A stretch of DNA of 63,935 nucleotides, filler included, from an uncultured Methanoregulaceae archaeon (GCA_964530035.1; 3 parts of 3 records of this genome joined end to end with filler, not necessarily neighbours in it); one strand, 5' to 3'. Shown: positions 10,145-19,757, counted from the whole stretch's first letter. Numbers and translations: made by a program. Notes: a model not told the origin generated them from the sequence alone.

Positions 10145-10983
10145 GGCTTCACACCCGCGAACTGGGAGTCAGGGTAGACCGGGAATCCATGCTCCGCGAA
10201 GACCTTCCTGCCCTCGTCCGATGCCACGAAGTCGACGAATTTCCGGGCTTTGTCCGTGTCTTTCGTGAAGGTGGTGACCCCGGCCGGGACGATCAGGACC
10301 ACGTTGTCGGCGGTGGGGATGGTGACCGTGTCCACCTTGTCGGGGTTGACCTGGTCAAGGGTGAGGATGGCGGCATCGGCCTGCCCCGTGTTCATGATGA
10401 CCGTGAGCTCGTTGATGGTCGGCGTCCGGGTGACGACGTTTTTCCCGACGGCCGCGGTGATGTTGTACTTCGCGAACATCTTCGCCCCGGCCTTGCCGAT
10501 CGCGGTTGCGTTGGCATCACCGAGGGCGACCTTGAGCCCGGGTTTCGCAAGGTCCTGGATAGTGTGTATCCCGTCAGGGTTGCCCTTCCGGACGACGATC
10601 ACCGGGACATGGTACGCGATCAGCTGGGACGAGTTGACGAGTCCCTGGTTCTTCGCCGTGGCGAACTCGACGGTGGAGCCCGGGACGAAGACATCGCCCA
10701 GTCTCGTCAGGTTCATCTGGGTGATGAGCACCCCGCTTCCCCCGTAGGTGTAATGGACGGCGACCCCGGTCCTGTTGGTATAGAGCGCCCCGATCTCGTC
10801 CATCGGGGCCTTGAGACCTGCTCCCGCGTACACGAGGATGCTTCCGCCGGCCTGGCCGGCAGTGGCCGGGGCCGTTGTCGTCACGGCGGGGCTTGCAGGT
10901 GGCTGCGTGGTCGTACAGCCCGCGGTACAGAGTGCGACCGCGATGAGGAGCACGGCCAGCAGGCACAGGTGTTTAATTTTCAT
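10141..10983 (-). CDS. modA: Molybdate/tungstate ABC transporter substrate-binding lipoprotein
   Basis: Lipobox-like TAGC, VYAGAGLK, YGGSG, VRKGNP, AIGKAG. Confidence 0.92.
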   Translation of the reverse strand: MKIKHLCLLAVLLIAVALCTAGCTTTQPPASPAVTTTAPATAGQAGGSILVYAGAGLKAPMDEIGALYTNRTGVAVHYTYGGSGVLITQMNLTRLGDVFVPGSTVEFATAKNQGLVNSSQLIAYHVPVIVVRKGNPDGIHTIQDLAKPGLKVALGDANATAIGKAGAKMFAKYNITAAVGKNVVTRTPTINELTVIMNTGQADAAILTLDQVNPDKVDTVTIPTADNVVLIVPAGVTTFTKDTDKARKFVDFVASDEGRKVFAEHGFPVYPDSQFAGVKP

Positions 10984-11326
10984 TGTTAACAATATGAGAA
11001 AATAAAATAAAATTGTTGTTAAATTGATTGGGCATTCAGGCATTCACAGGGGCCGGACAGGTGCCGGTACCGCATCCTGGAGAGCAATAAATTCCCTGTT
11101 TTCACCTTTTCATCGCATATATTGCCGTTTTCATCAAATGTCCCGCCTTTTCGGGGTCTGTTACCGGGACCCCTGTCCCGTGGGGATGGGTGACTGGTGT
11201 TGTGTCCCAGGTGTTCACCCGGGTCCTCTGGTACAGGGTCATACAGAAACCGGAGAACCCACCCTTCCACCGGAGGTTTCGGATACCTGCACACGTGTTT
11301 TCATCCTATTCCGTTAACCTGGGATG

Positions 11327-11385
11327 AGTTAGATATATATAACATAATGTTATACATTTCTCACAGTTGTGAGAAATACATAACG
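11327..11385. promoter_or_regulatory. Three tandem TGT-N12-ACA-like boxes; putative operator of the adjacent XRE regulator
   Basis: AGT-N12-ACA 11327-11344, TGT-N12-ACA 11348-11365, TGT-N12-ACG 11368-11385, immediately upstream of ATG 11399. Confidence 0.65.
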
Positions 11386-11398
11386 TAAGAGACACGAC

Positions 11399-11821
11399 AT
11401 GCTGCCACATACCTCCCCCCTGTTCACACCCCGTGCCTGGACCACGGGACTGACCGTAACCGGAATACTCCTTATCGGGGTTGGAATGGTCCTGATAGCC
11501 ACCCCGGCCGGGGACACCCCGGGGTCCCTCGGACCCAGCCTCGCCTCCATAGGTGGGGTACTCCTGGCGATCGGGCTGCTCCGGTCAGCACAGGGCGACA
11601 AGGAACGCCTCCAGGACGAACGGACCAGGAAGATCGGGGCCTATGGCCTCTCGTGGTCCTGGTTCCTGACCTTCGTCGTGCTCTTCGCGGTATTCTGGGC
11701 CGATTACCTCCATGTGTGGTCACCGGACGCCGGCGTCCTCAGCGTCATCCTCATCCTCCTGATGGGGATTTCGGCAAAAGCATTCCAGTGGTGGCTCTTC
11801 AGGAAGGGAGACGTTCCATGA
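11399..11821 (+). CDS. DUF2178-like membrane protein
   Basis: Four TM helices with QDERTRKI motif; coupled to the downstream XRE gene. Confidence 0.7.
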   Translation: MLPHTSPLFTPRAWTTGLTVTGILLIGVGMVLIATPAGDTPGSLGPSLASIGGVLLAIGLLRSAQGDKERLQDERTRKIGAYGLSWSWFLTFVVLFAVFWADYLHVWSPDAGVLSVILILLMGISAKAFQWWLFRKGDVP

Positions 11822-12042
11822 GGACCCGCATCCGCGAGTTCAGGGTACTCCGGGAGATGACCCAGGCCGACCTCGCGGACGCTGTCGGGGTCAGGAGGGA
11901 GACGATCGTCTTCCTCGAAAAGGGAAAGTACAACCCCTCGCTCAAGCTCGCCCACGATGTCTCTGTCGTCCTCGGCACGACCATCGACGCGCTGTTCCTG
12001 TTCGATGATGACGAGTCTGCCAGGAAAAAGGAAGAAGGATGA
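11818..12042 (+). CDS. XRE-family HTH transcriptional regulator
   Basis: [32 protein letters not shown]. Confidence 0.93.
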   Translation: MRTRIREFRVLREMTQADLADAVGVRRETIVFLEKGKYNPSLKLAHDVSVVLGTTIDALFLFDDDESARKKEEG

Positions 12043-12439
12043 GTCCTGGGTGGACCGGTGCCACCTCTCCGTGATCAGGCATCGCTGCACGGGCTGTCCT
12101 TGTCCCGCCGGACGAACGGGGTCCCGTCTTCGGCAGCGCCTGCAAACGTGTCTGAAACGGCCCCTGCCCTGCTTTCATCGTCCGCTCCCGGGCCTGCAGC
12201 CGAGATGTCGACGGTATAGATGACCTTCTCCTTCTGGTCCTCCCCGCCACCGGGTGGTGAACCTTCCATATACGGGAAAGAGTATATAACCTCAAAAAAC
12301 TGCTCATCACGTACCCGGGCTACGGTCTCTGATCCCTGGCAGAGTTCCCGCCTGGTGGCGGGAATGCAGAAACTGGCTGCAAAAGGGATTTTTTCAGGAC
12401 GGAAGGGGCCAGGTCCCGGGAAAACCGGGAGTGGACGCC

Positions 12440-13009
12440 ATGTCAGGCAGGCAGGTCATCCTTGAAAGCATCGTACGGGCCAGGCTGCAACCTGGAGAAC
12501 AGCTGTACGCGGTCCTGGACGCGGCCAGAAACCCATCCTCCCTTCTTGAGTGCATCCGCGAGCGGGACCTGCCATCGTACTCCCTCTTTTCGGGCAGGCT
12601 GGCACGGCGGCTCGACCATGTCGCTCCCTTCCTGGTCAGTGCAGGGACAGACCCGGGCTTCCTTTCACTCTGGGAAGAGCATTTCGGGGAAAACTACGGG
12701 GTCCTCCTCCTTTCCGGGGCCCCTCCCGGAGAACTCTGGCGGCACCTCAGGAGCGTGTTTGTTTCCTCTGACGAGGACGGGAACGAGTTTTTCTTCAGGT
12801 TCTACGACCCCCGGGTCCTCGGCCTGTTCCTGCCGACCTGCACCCCCCACGACCTGTCGGCGTTTCTTGGTCCCATTGGCGCTCTCTTTACCGCGACCCG
12901 GTTCCCCGGCATGGTCCTGTGCGTCAGGAGGACTCCTGACGGGGTCGTGACCGAGCGTTTTCATGTGACCCGTATCGCAGAGGAAGCAATTCGCATCGAG
13001 GTGGTATGA
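12440..13009 (+). CDS. DUF4123 domain protein (T6SS effector chaperone Tap-1/TEC-like)
   Basis: LYAVLDAAR...SLF.G......APFLV...L.RHLRS......G.EFFFRFYDPRVL..FLP, the DUF4123 signature. Confidence 0.88.
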   Translation: MSGRQVILESIVRARLQPGEQLYAVLDAARNPSSLLECIRERDLPSYSLFSGRLARRLDHVAPFLVSAGTDPGFLSLWEEHFGENYGVLLLSGAPPGELWRHLRSVFVSSDEDGNEFFFRFYDPRVLGLFLPTCTPHDLSAFLGPIGALFTATRFPGMVLCVRRTPDGVVTERFHVTRIAEEAIRIEVV

Positions 13010-13371
13010 TGCGGATCCGGAGGGAACAGATGGAGGCGATGTCGCAGGCGGTGGAGGAGGAGTTCACCCGGGAGATGGTCCGCCACCTGGCGACGTCGTT
13101 TGCGACGTACCTCGAACGCCACGGGATACCGGAAGACGCCCTGTTTGACCTTGTCGAGGCAGGCACCGCCGATGCGAAGCGTCACGGCCTTTTCTACCCC
13201 GGCCACATCAGGAAATACCTTGAAATCGTCGTCATGACCGGGCCGGGACTCCGGGAGGGAGGGGAGTTTGCCTGGATACCGGAACTCCTGGAGTCCGACG
13301 GCCCCGACGGCGAGACAAAGCTCCAGAGGATCAACGAACGGCTCCTCTTCGAGTGGGAAGGGATTGTGTAA
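13006..13371 (+). CDS. Helical protein resembling the C-terminal half of long DUF4123 chaperones
   Basis: MRIRREQMEAM...F...MVRHL...A.RHG......Y.......G......FAWI.ELL; ATGA overlap with the DUF4123 gene. Confidence 0.7.
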   Translation: MMRIRREQMEAMSQAVEEEFTREMVRHLATSFATYLERHGIPEDALFDLVEAGTADAKRHGLFYPGHIRKYLEIVVMTGPGLREGGEFAWIPELLESDGPDGETKLQRINERLLFEWEGIV

Positions 13372-14742
13372 ATGGCGGGGGATGACGAGTACCGGTACGC
13401 GACGAGCCCGCCGAACTGCCCGGCGCTGAAAAAAGCAAACGAGGCGATGAAAAAGTGCATCCTGAAGATGATCGAGGACAACCCCGGCCTCGAGCAGGAC
13501 GTCATCGACCCGGACACCGGCGAGTTCAAGCGGTACATCTCGATGGACCAGAAAAAGGACAAAAAGTACGCGAAGTGCCGCAAGGTCTGGATGGACACGT
13601 ACAAGGCGGCGGGCGGGGAGTCCTCGCCGGTTGACCAGGGCCTCGCCCACGGCGAGCTGAGCCGGCAGTGCCAGTGCCCGAAGGCAAACGGTTCGGGCTC
13701 CCTCGGAGTCCTCGTGAAGGACGACACGACCCAGGAGCCGATACCAGGTGCAAAGGTCAGGATCTCCGGCCCGGTCACGAAGCAGGGCACAACCACGGAT
13801 GGCGGAAGGATCGCATTCGAGAAGGTCCCGGCCGGGAAGTACCGGGTCAATGCATACAAGGAGCCGTACAAGGAAAAATGGGTGAACGCGACGGTCAAGG
13901 CGGACAGCACGGAGCAGGTCGAGGTCCTCCTTACGATGGAGGAGCCCGGGAGCGTGCTCGTGAAGGTCGTCGGGGAGACATGGTTTTCAAACTGGGTGGC
14001 GACCAGTACTGATGAGATTGTCAAGGCTTTTTTGGGGAAGAAAAGGACACGGCCTGTGGCAGATGCCGACGTCGAGGTGAAGGAGCGGGTCGCAGACACC
14101 CCGAAGACGTTCCCCCAGACGAAGACCGAGAAGACCGACAAGGAGGGGTATGTCCTGATCAAGGGCCTGAGGCATGGTTCGTACTGGGTCTCCGGGAAAA
14201 AGGGGAACTGGCCGACGGACAAAAAACAGTGCGTCATCCATAAGCCCGGGCGGGCGGACCCGGTCGAGCTCACCATACTGAGCCGGAAGAAGTTCGTCCT
14301 CCAGATCATGAAGGTCTCATGGGGTGAGGTTGGCACTCCTTTCATCGAGGCAAAGGTCGTCATCGGCCGGATGAATGTGGAAATTCGTGATGTTGAACGG
14401 GGAATAACCGGGATGTATACCGTCTGGTTCACAACAGCGGGAGTCGAGGTTTCACTCGAACCGAAGCTTCCAGCAAAGGGTGTGTCTACGAAGGCACCAG
14501 GGAATCCCAGTCATTTCGAAACACCGAGGTTCTTTGCCAATAAAGAGGTGACCGCGAATTCGTTTGCGAACAAGAACCAGAAGATGAACATATCCACTGC
14601 AGGGGTTACCTTCGTCTTTTTTGACCTCATTACCGTGTACCAGGTTGACATGGGAGAAACGGACGAGGACGTCCAGTTTCCGGGTGTTGGTTTCACGAGG
14701 GGTCGTTTCGACATGACCTTCAAGGGCAGCAAGGCAACTTAA
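13372..14742 (+). CDS. Putative effector-like protein with two transthyretin/carboxypeptidase-regulatory-like domains
   Basis: VLVKDDTTQEPIPGAKVRI.GP...G.T..GG...FEKVPAGKYRVNA and PVADADVEV...KTDKEGYVLIKGLRHGSYWV; no signal peptide; ATG directly follows the upstream TAA. Confidence 0.6.
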   Translation: MAGDDEYRYATSPPNCPALKKANEAMKKCILKMIEDNPGLEQDVIDPDTGEFKRYISMDQKKDKKYAKCRKVWMDTYKAAGGESSPVDQGLAHGELSRQCQCPKANGSGSLGVLVKDDTTQEPIPGAKVRISGPVTKQGTTTDGGRIAFEKVPAGKYRVNAYKEPYKEKWVNATVKADSTEQVEVLLTMEEPGSVLVKVVGETWFSNWVATSTDEIVKAFLGKKRTRPVADADVEVKERVADTPKTFPQTKTEKTDKEGYVLIKGLRHGSYWVSGKKGNWPTDKKQCVIHKPGRADPVELTILSRKKFVLQIMKVSWGEVGTPFIEAKVVIGRMNVEIRDVERGITGMYTVWFTTAGVEVSLEPKLPAKGVSTKAPGNPSHFETPRFFANKEVTANSFANKNQKMNISTAGVTFVFFDLITVYQVDMGETDEDVQFPGVGFTRGRFDMTFKGSKAT

Positions 14743-14825
14743 AATGGCCTGACCCGTGTGCATAAGCAGTGCCCTGTAAGAATTCAGGATTTTTTGGCTT
14801 TTTTCCCGAAGAAACAAAAAAGGTT

Positions 14826-16139
14826 TCAGGGACCCGCCGTTCCCGCCCCGGCAGTCTCTCGCGGCTGTCCCCCGGCCTGGTTCATCCTGTCGATGGCGTT
14901 CAGGATCGAGACCAGGAGGAAGAGCAGGAGCCCGTTGACGATCACGATGGCGGCGATGACGTTTCCCGGGATGGCCCCGGGCATGAACATGGAGAGACCG
15001 AAGGCGATCCCCACGATGTTCAGGACGGTCTGGGTGATGTTCAGCTTTTTTACGATGGGAAGCACGGGGGTGGCAGCAGCACCGGACCTGTCCAGGATGG
15101 CGGGGAGGAACCGCTGGACCATGGGGACGACGCCCCCGATGATGTTGAGGAGCCCGAGGAGGAGCTGGATGCTGCCGGTCAGGACCCCCGGGACGACGCA
15201 GGAGAAGACTCCGAGGGCTGCGAACACGACTCCGAGGAGGGTCATGGCCCACGACCGCCTGAACTGGCCGACCGGGGTGCTCCCGAGCGCCATCATCTGC
15301 AGCGACATGATGACCAGCATAAGGCCGAGCTGGCCGTCAGGGGAGAAGGGGATGAGCCCCAGGTTCACCGGGAAGAGGAGGACGCCGAGGAGCACGAGGA
15401 GGACGCCGAGAAGTGCGATGACCGCAAGGGAAAGGGGAAACGAGGTCTCGCCGAAGAGGGAGAACCCCGGCGTTTCACCGGTTCCACCCGTTCCCGCGGA
15501 GGTCTGTGCCGCGACCTCTCCGGGCGGGTACCTCCTCCTGGTCTCCTGGATGCAGATCGCGAGGTAGAAGATGCAGAAGCCATACACAAGGAGCAGGACC
15601 GCCGTCTGCGGGTTGGTCGTGATACCGGGGAAGAGTGTCACGAGGCCGGCCAGGACCGAGAGGACGTACACGAGGGCAGCGGAAAGCGTAAGGTGCCTGA
15701 GCACCCCGGGGACCTTCAGCCACGTCTTCGCCCGGTCCTTCATGACCAGCAGCTGCATGAGGAGTGCTGCCCCGCCTACTGCCAGGAGGAGGCCCGAAAG
15801 GACCCGGACGACCCCTGTCAGCGTCCCGGGGATGAAGCAGGCGGCCATCCCGATGACCGCCGTGCATATCCCGAGGATGATGACCATCCACGACCGCCGG
15901 AGGTCTCCGAAGGGAGTCTTGCCCATCGTGATGGTCTGGATGGAGACGAGCACCAGGAACAGGCCGTACGTGCTGTCTGGGGTGTAGGGCAGTTCCCCCG
16001 TATGGATCTTCAGGAGGAGAAAGGCGAAGAGGGTCATAAAGACCCCGAAGATGACCAGGACGACGACTTCGAGGTCTAGGTCAAGTTCCTTCCGTGGCGC
16101 CTGGCTGGGCGGATTGCTTTCTTTGTTTCCTGGTGACAT
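14826..16139 (-). CDS. Polytopic membrane protein with internal duplication
   Basis: Two homologous halves (MGKTPFGDLRRSW / LGSTPVGQFRRSW); GGAGG RBS. Confidence 0.8.
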   Translation of the reverse strand: MSPGNKESNPPSQAPRKELDLDLEVVVLVIFGVFMTLFAFLLLKIHTGELPYTPDSTYGLFLVLVSIQTITMGKTPFGDLRRSWMVIILGICTAVIGMAACFIPGTLTGVVRVLSGLLLAVGGAALLMQLLVMKDRAKTWLKVPGVLRHLTLSAALVYVLSVLAGLVTLFPGITTNPQTAVLLLVYGFCIFYLAICIQETRRRYPPGEVAAQTSAGTGGTGETPGFSLFGETSFPLSLAVIALLGVLLVLLGVLLFPVNLGLIPFSPDGQLGLMLVIMSLQMMALGSTPVGQFRRSWAMTLLGVVFAALGVFSCVVPGVLTGSIQLLLGLLNIIGGVVPMVQRFLPAILDRSGAAATPVLPIVKKLNITQTVLNIVGIAFGLSMFMPGAIPGNVIAAIVIVNGLLLFLLVSILNAIDRMNQAGGQPRETAGAGTAGP

Positions 16140-16415
16140 CCTGTTCCTCCTCCCGGACGGTCCGCGGGCCGGGAAACCGGTTGCTCTCATCAGGCCGGCC
16201 CCCCCGGAGTCCCTGCCCGGACCATCTTTACGTGACAGGGTTTAGGCAGCCGGCAGTATAAGTCAGTTGCGAGGTGACGTCAGCCACGGCCTTTTTCACA
16301 GCCTTCCCGGTATGACCGGCCCCCGCCATTTCAACACCGGTCAGCCTTGTGCTGGCCGTTATTCAGCGCTTATGATCGTTAAAAAGGAAACGCAGGATTC
16401 AGTCTGCCCCTGGTT

Positions 16416-17252
16416 TTAGTAGTAGTTCCCGCCCTTCTCGTAGGCGGCCCTGCGGTCACGTGCCATCTGCATGAACTGCTCCTCACCCTCCTTTGCCCCG
16501 CTGGCGTACAGCCTCCACATCTCGGTGAACGGGTGTTCGGGCACGACGATGACCCCCTTCTTCTGTGCGACCTGGTCGAGGACGTACCGTGCCGTCTTGT
16601 CGGCAGGATATGCGTCCTCAGGGATCTTGATCTCGTTGTAGACCGTACCGTCCTTCCCCTTCTGGAAGATGGGCGTTGCGATGTTTGCCGGGCAGATAAC
16701 CGAGAACTGGATGTTCTTCTCCGCGTACTCGTACCTCAGGCATTCGGAGAGCCCGGTGACCCCGAACTTCGTCAGGGAGTAGAGGGCCTGGAACGGCGGG
16801 GGGACGAGGCCGGCAATCGAGCTCGTGTTCACGATATGGCCAAAGCCCTGCTTCAGCATGATCGGGACGGCGGTGTGGACGCCGTAGATAACACTCCAGA
16901 CGTTTACATCGATGATGTTCTTCCAGTCGTCGATGGTCGCCGTCTCGAACTGCAGGGTCCCGCCGATCCCCGCGTTGTTGAAGAGCATGTCAAGCCTGCC
17001 CGCTTCCGCAGCCGTCCCCTTGATGGCGGTCTCCACCTGATGCTGGTTCGTAACGTCCGCGATGAGGGTGTGGACGCGGCCCCCGTGCCGGGAGAGTTTC
17101 TTCGCAGCCTCCTCGACCTTTTCACGGCTCCGTCCGAGCATGTACACGGTGGCACCGCGGTTCAGGAGTTCCTCGCTCAGTGCATACCCGATGCCGGAGT
17201 TGGCACCGGTCACGATACAGACCTTGTCCTTGAAGTATGCTGCATTGTCCAT
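16416..17252 (-). CDS. Short-chain dehydrogenase/reductase
   Basis: TGANSGIG, NNAGI, NTSS, YSLTK (YxxxK). Confidence 0.95.
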   Translation of the reverse strand: MDNAAYFKDKVCIVTGANSGIGYALSEELLNRGATVYMLGRSREKVEEAAKKLSRHGGRVHTLIADVTNQHQVETAIKGTAAEAGRLDMLFNNAGIGGTLQFETATIDDWKNIIDVNVWSVIYGVHTAVPIMLKQGFGHIVNTSSIAGLVPPPFQALYSLTKFGVTGLSECLRYEYAEKNIQFSVICPANIATPIFQKGKDGTVYNEIKIPEDAYPADKTARYVLDQVAQKKGVIVVPEHPFTEMWRLYASGAKEGEEQFMQMARDRRAAYEKGGNYY

Positions 17253-17474
17253 GATGTTCACCTGGCTGTGGGCTTTGAGAGGTTTCTCTGATGTTAACCG
17301 GTTGAGGTCGTCCTGGTATTTAAACAAGGGCATTTCAGCCCGGCAGGACGGTGGGAGGTATGAAGGGGGCTGAAGAGGCAGGATTGGGATTTTTTCCTCC
17401 TTATCGCCACTCCGGAGAAAACCGCCATGAAAGCTGCAGTCTCCTGAAAAAAAAGAGGCTGGCTGAAAAATGGG

Positions 17475-18272
17475 TCAGTTCATGAACAGAGCTTTCCTGA
17501 CCTCATCAGGGCTCATGCCGCTTGCGATCCGGTTACTGTACAGCACTTTTGCCGCCGCTGCATCGATTCCGGACATCTGGGTCACCGTAGCCCCGTCCGG
17601 GTTGAAGATGCTGTCAGGATAGGTATAGTTCTCCCCGTTGAAGTTGAGGACCTCGAGTATCGCCCTCAGTAGGTAATGCTTCCGTTCGTCACCCTTCAGG
17701 TCTGAGTTGACATAGACCTGGGTCCCCGAGGTACTGATATAGTACTTCACCTGCCCACCGACCGTCACGTTCTTCCTGATGGTGTCGCGGTTGACCTCCC
17801 GGAGCGTTGCCTCGGGGAGGAGACTGACGGTAACCCCGCTGATCTTCTTCAGGGCGAACTCCTCCTCGGGCAGGTGGAGGTTCGGGGCGAGGTTATTGAA
17901 CTCCCGGTTGAAGGCGACGACTGTTTTGAAGTCCTCGTCGGTGGCCTGCCCTTCGAGGCTCATCCGTAGGTTGCCGGACTGCTTGTAAATCCGCGAATAC
18001 TCCGTCCCAATGATGGCGACCAGGTGCTTATTGACCTCGTCGGTGGTGTAGCTCTTCCTTTCGGGAGTAGAGAGGGGGGTCGGGACGGCAGTCACGGGTG
18101 AAATGGTATCTCCCTGAAGTGTCAACGGGTGGGAGGTTACCGGCAGTCCCGGGGTTGCGGGAGGGACCGGGGAGGAGGTGACCGGGACGGGCCCTGACGG
18201 GGTATCCATGCACCCGGCGGCCAGAATGACCAGCAAAAGGCAGATCCCGGGAACAATAACGAGACGTTTCAT
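17475..18272 (-). CDS. DUF2927-like lipoprotein
   Basis: Lipobox LAAGC, Pro/Thr linker, RKHYLLRAILEVLNF.G.....PDSIFN. Confidence 0.65.
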   Translation of the reverse strand: MKRLVIVPGICLLLVILAAGCMDTPSGPVPVTSSPVPPATPGLPVTSHPLTLQGDTISPVTAVPTPLSTPERKSYTTDEVNKHLVAIIGTEYSRIYKQSGNLRMSLEGQATDEDFKTVVAFNREFNNLAPNLHLPEEEFALKKISGVTVSLLPEATLREVNRDTIRKNVTVGGQVKYYISTSGTQVYVNSDLKGDERKHYLLRAILEVLNFNGENYTYPDSIFNPDGATVTQMSGIDAAAAKVLYSNRIASGMSPDEVRKALFMN

Positions 18273-19093
18273 ACAGGGATATCCTGGACGGAGGCATAAA
18301 AATAAAGCGGTTTTGTTGCAGGGAACGGAAAGGGGACTGCCATGTACCGGAACGGTTCAGGCCACCTGGTCCGGCATGGGCACAAGGCCCACGGCACAAG
18401 GCCAATATTTCCCGGCAGGCAACGGGAAAGGGATGGATAGCAACGAAACCGTCACGATACACGTCGAACTGCCCAAGCACGAACTGGTAGTGTAATGCAA
18501 GGAACCCGTGCCTCACGAACTGGAAATGGCTCCTGAATTCAGATGCAAAGAACTCCATCTGCGACCGGTGCCCGTTCCGGGACTCCATGCGGAGGTTCAT
18601 CACCGGAAACCCCGACCTTTTTTCAGGTGAACAGACCGCTTTCGCGAGGGCTATGGAGTCCAGGTGGGGAATGCTGCGGTAAGGCTCCAGGAGGCCATCA
18701 GGTCTTTTTTCTGGCTGTCTGGAAGGCTTGAACAACCTGCCAGGTGCGACATGTCCCGGTCCCCGGGGGCATACGGGCGCAGGGTGTGTCAGCCAAACAA
18801 TTCCTGCCTGAAAACGGGCTGCCTGGGGTTACGTATGGCTGGGGATACCGGTCCGGGTGGCTATATCCACCCGTCATGGAACACCTTTTACCCGGCGGCG
18901 ACAACGTCCTGGATGGTATTTGGGACCTGGTGGGAAAGCTACCCTTATCATGGCCCTCAGGGTAAGGACCCGAACCCTTCTGACTCCATGCCACCCTTGC
19001 GGTAAATCAAGCGATTGCCGGTAATGCATGAATAAATCATCAGGTATACGTCACAAGGTTCATTTCCTCGTCGTACCCATCTTCACGAAGCAC

Positions 19094-19423
19094 ATGCCTG
19101 ATTACCAGAATGGAGACAATGTCCCAAGCCTGTCAGAAGTAATGGATATACTCCGTTCTGCCCTCCCCACGCTGTCCTCGAAATATAAAGTACATCAGGT
19201 CGGGATTGTCGGTTCCTATGCAAGAAACGAGCAAAAAGCAGGGAGCGATATCGACCTGATGATTGACCTGTACGAACCCATCGGCTGGGATGTTGTTGAA
19301 CTCAAGGAATACCTTGAAAACCTCCTCCATATTCCTGTTGACCTGGTCCTGAAAGGAGGAGTTATCAACCGGCCCAGGCTCTATGCAGCGATGACAGAGG
19401 ACGTCATTTATGTCACAGCGTGA
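19094..19423 (+). CDS. Minimal nucleotidyltransferase antitoxin (MntA-like)
   Basis: GIVGSYARNEQKAGSDIDLMID (GSx10DxD). Confidence 0.92.
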   Translation: MPDYQNGDNVPSLSEVMDILRSALPTLSSKYKVHQVGIVGSYARNEQKAGSDIDLMIDLYEPIGWDVVELKEYLENLLHIPVDLVLKGGVINRPRLYAAMTEDVIYVTA

Positions 19424-19757
19424 CCCGGTGATCGCCCTTCTGGACATGTCCGAGGCAATCCAGACCATCGGGGAATACCTCCAGGGCCTCTCCTACCAGG
19501 AGTATATCGCCGATAATAGGACGAAAGACGCAATTGTCAGAAACCTGGAAGTCCTGGGCGAGGCCGCCACCCACATTCCCGATGATGTAAAGGAAAGATA
19601 CCGTAATATCCCCTGGAAGAATGTAATTGGTCTCCGGAATGTTGTAATTCATCGCTATTTTGGAATAGATTATGCCACAATCTGGTTTATCATTAAAGAA
19701 CAACTCCCGGTGCTGAAAAACCAGATTGAAACAATTATGAAGGATTTTTCTCGATAA
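19410..19757 (+). CDS. HEPN/DUF86 ribonuclease toxin (HepT-like)
   Basis: DAIVRNLEVLGEAA, IPW...GLRNVVIHRYFGID (Rx4HxY); overlaps the MNT gene. Confidence 0.92.
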   Translation: MSQRDPVIALLDMSEAIQTIGEYLQGLSYQEYIADNRTKDAIVRNLEVLGEAATHIPDDVKERYRNIPWKNVIGLRNVVIHRYFGIDYATIWFIIKEQLPVLKNQIETIMKDFSR

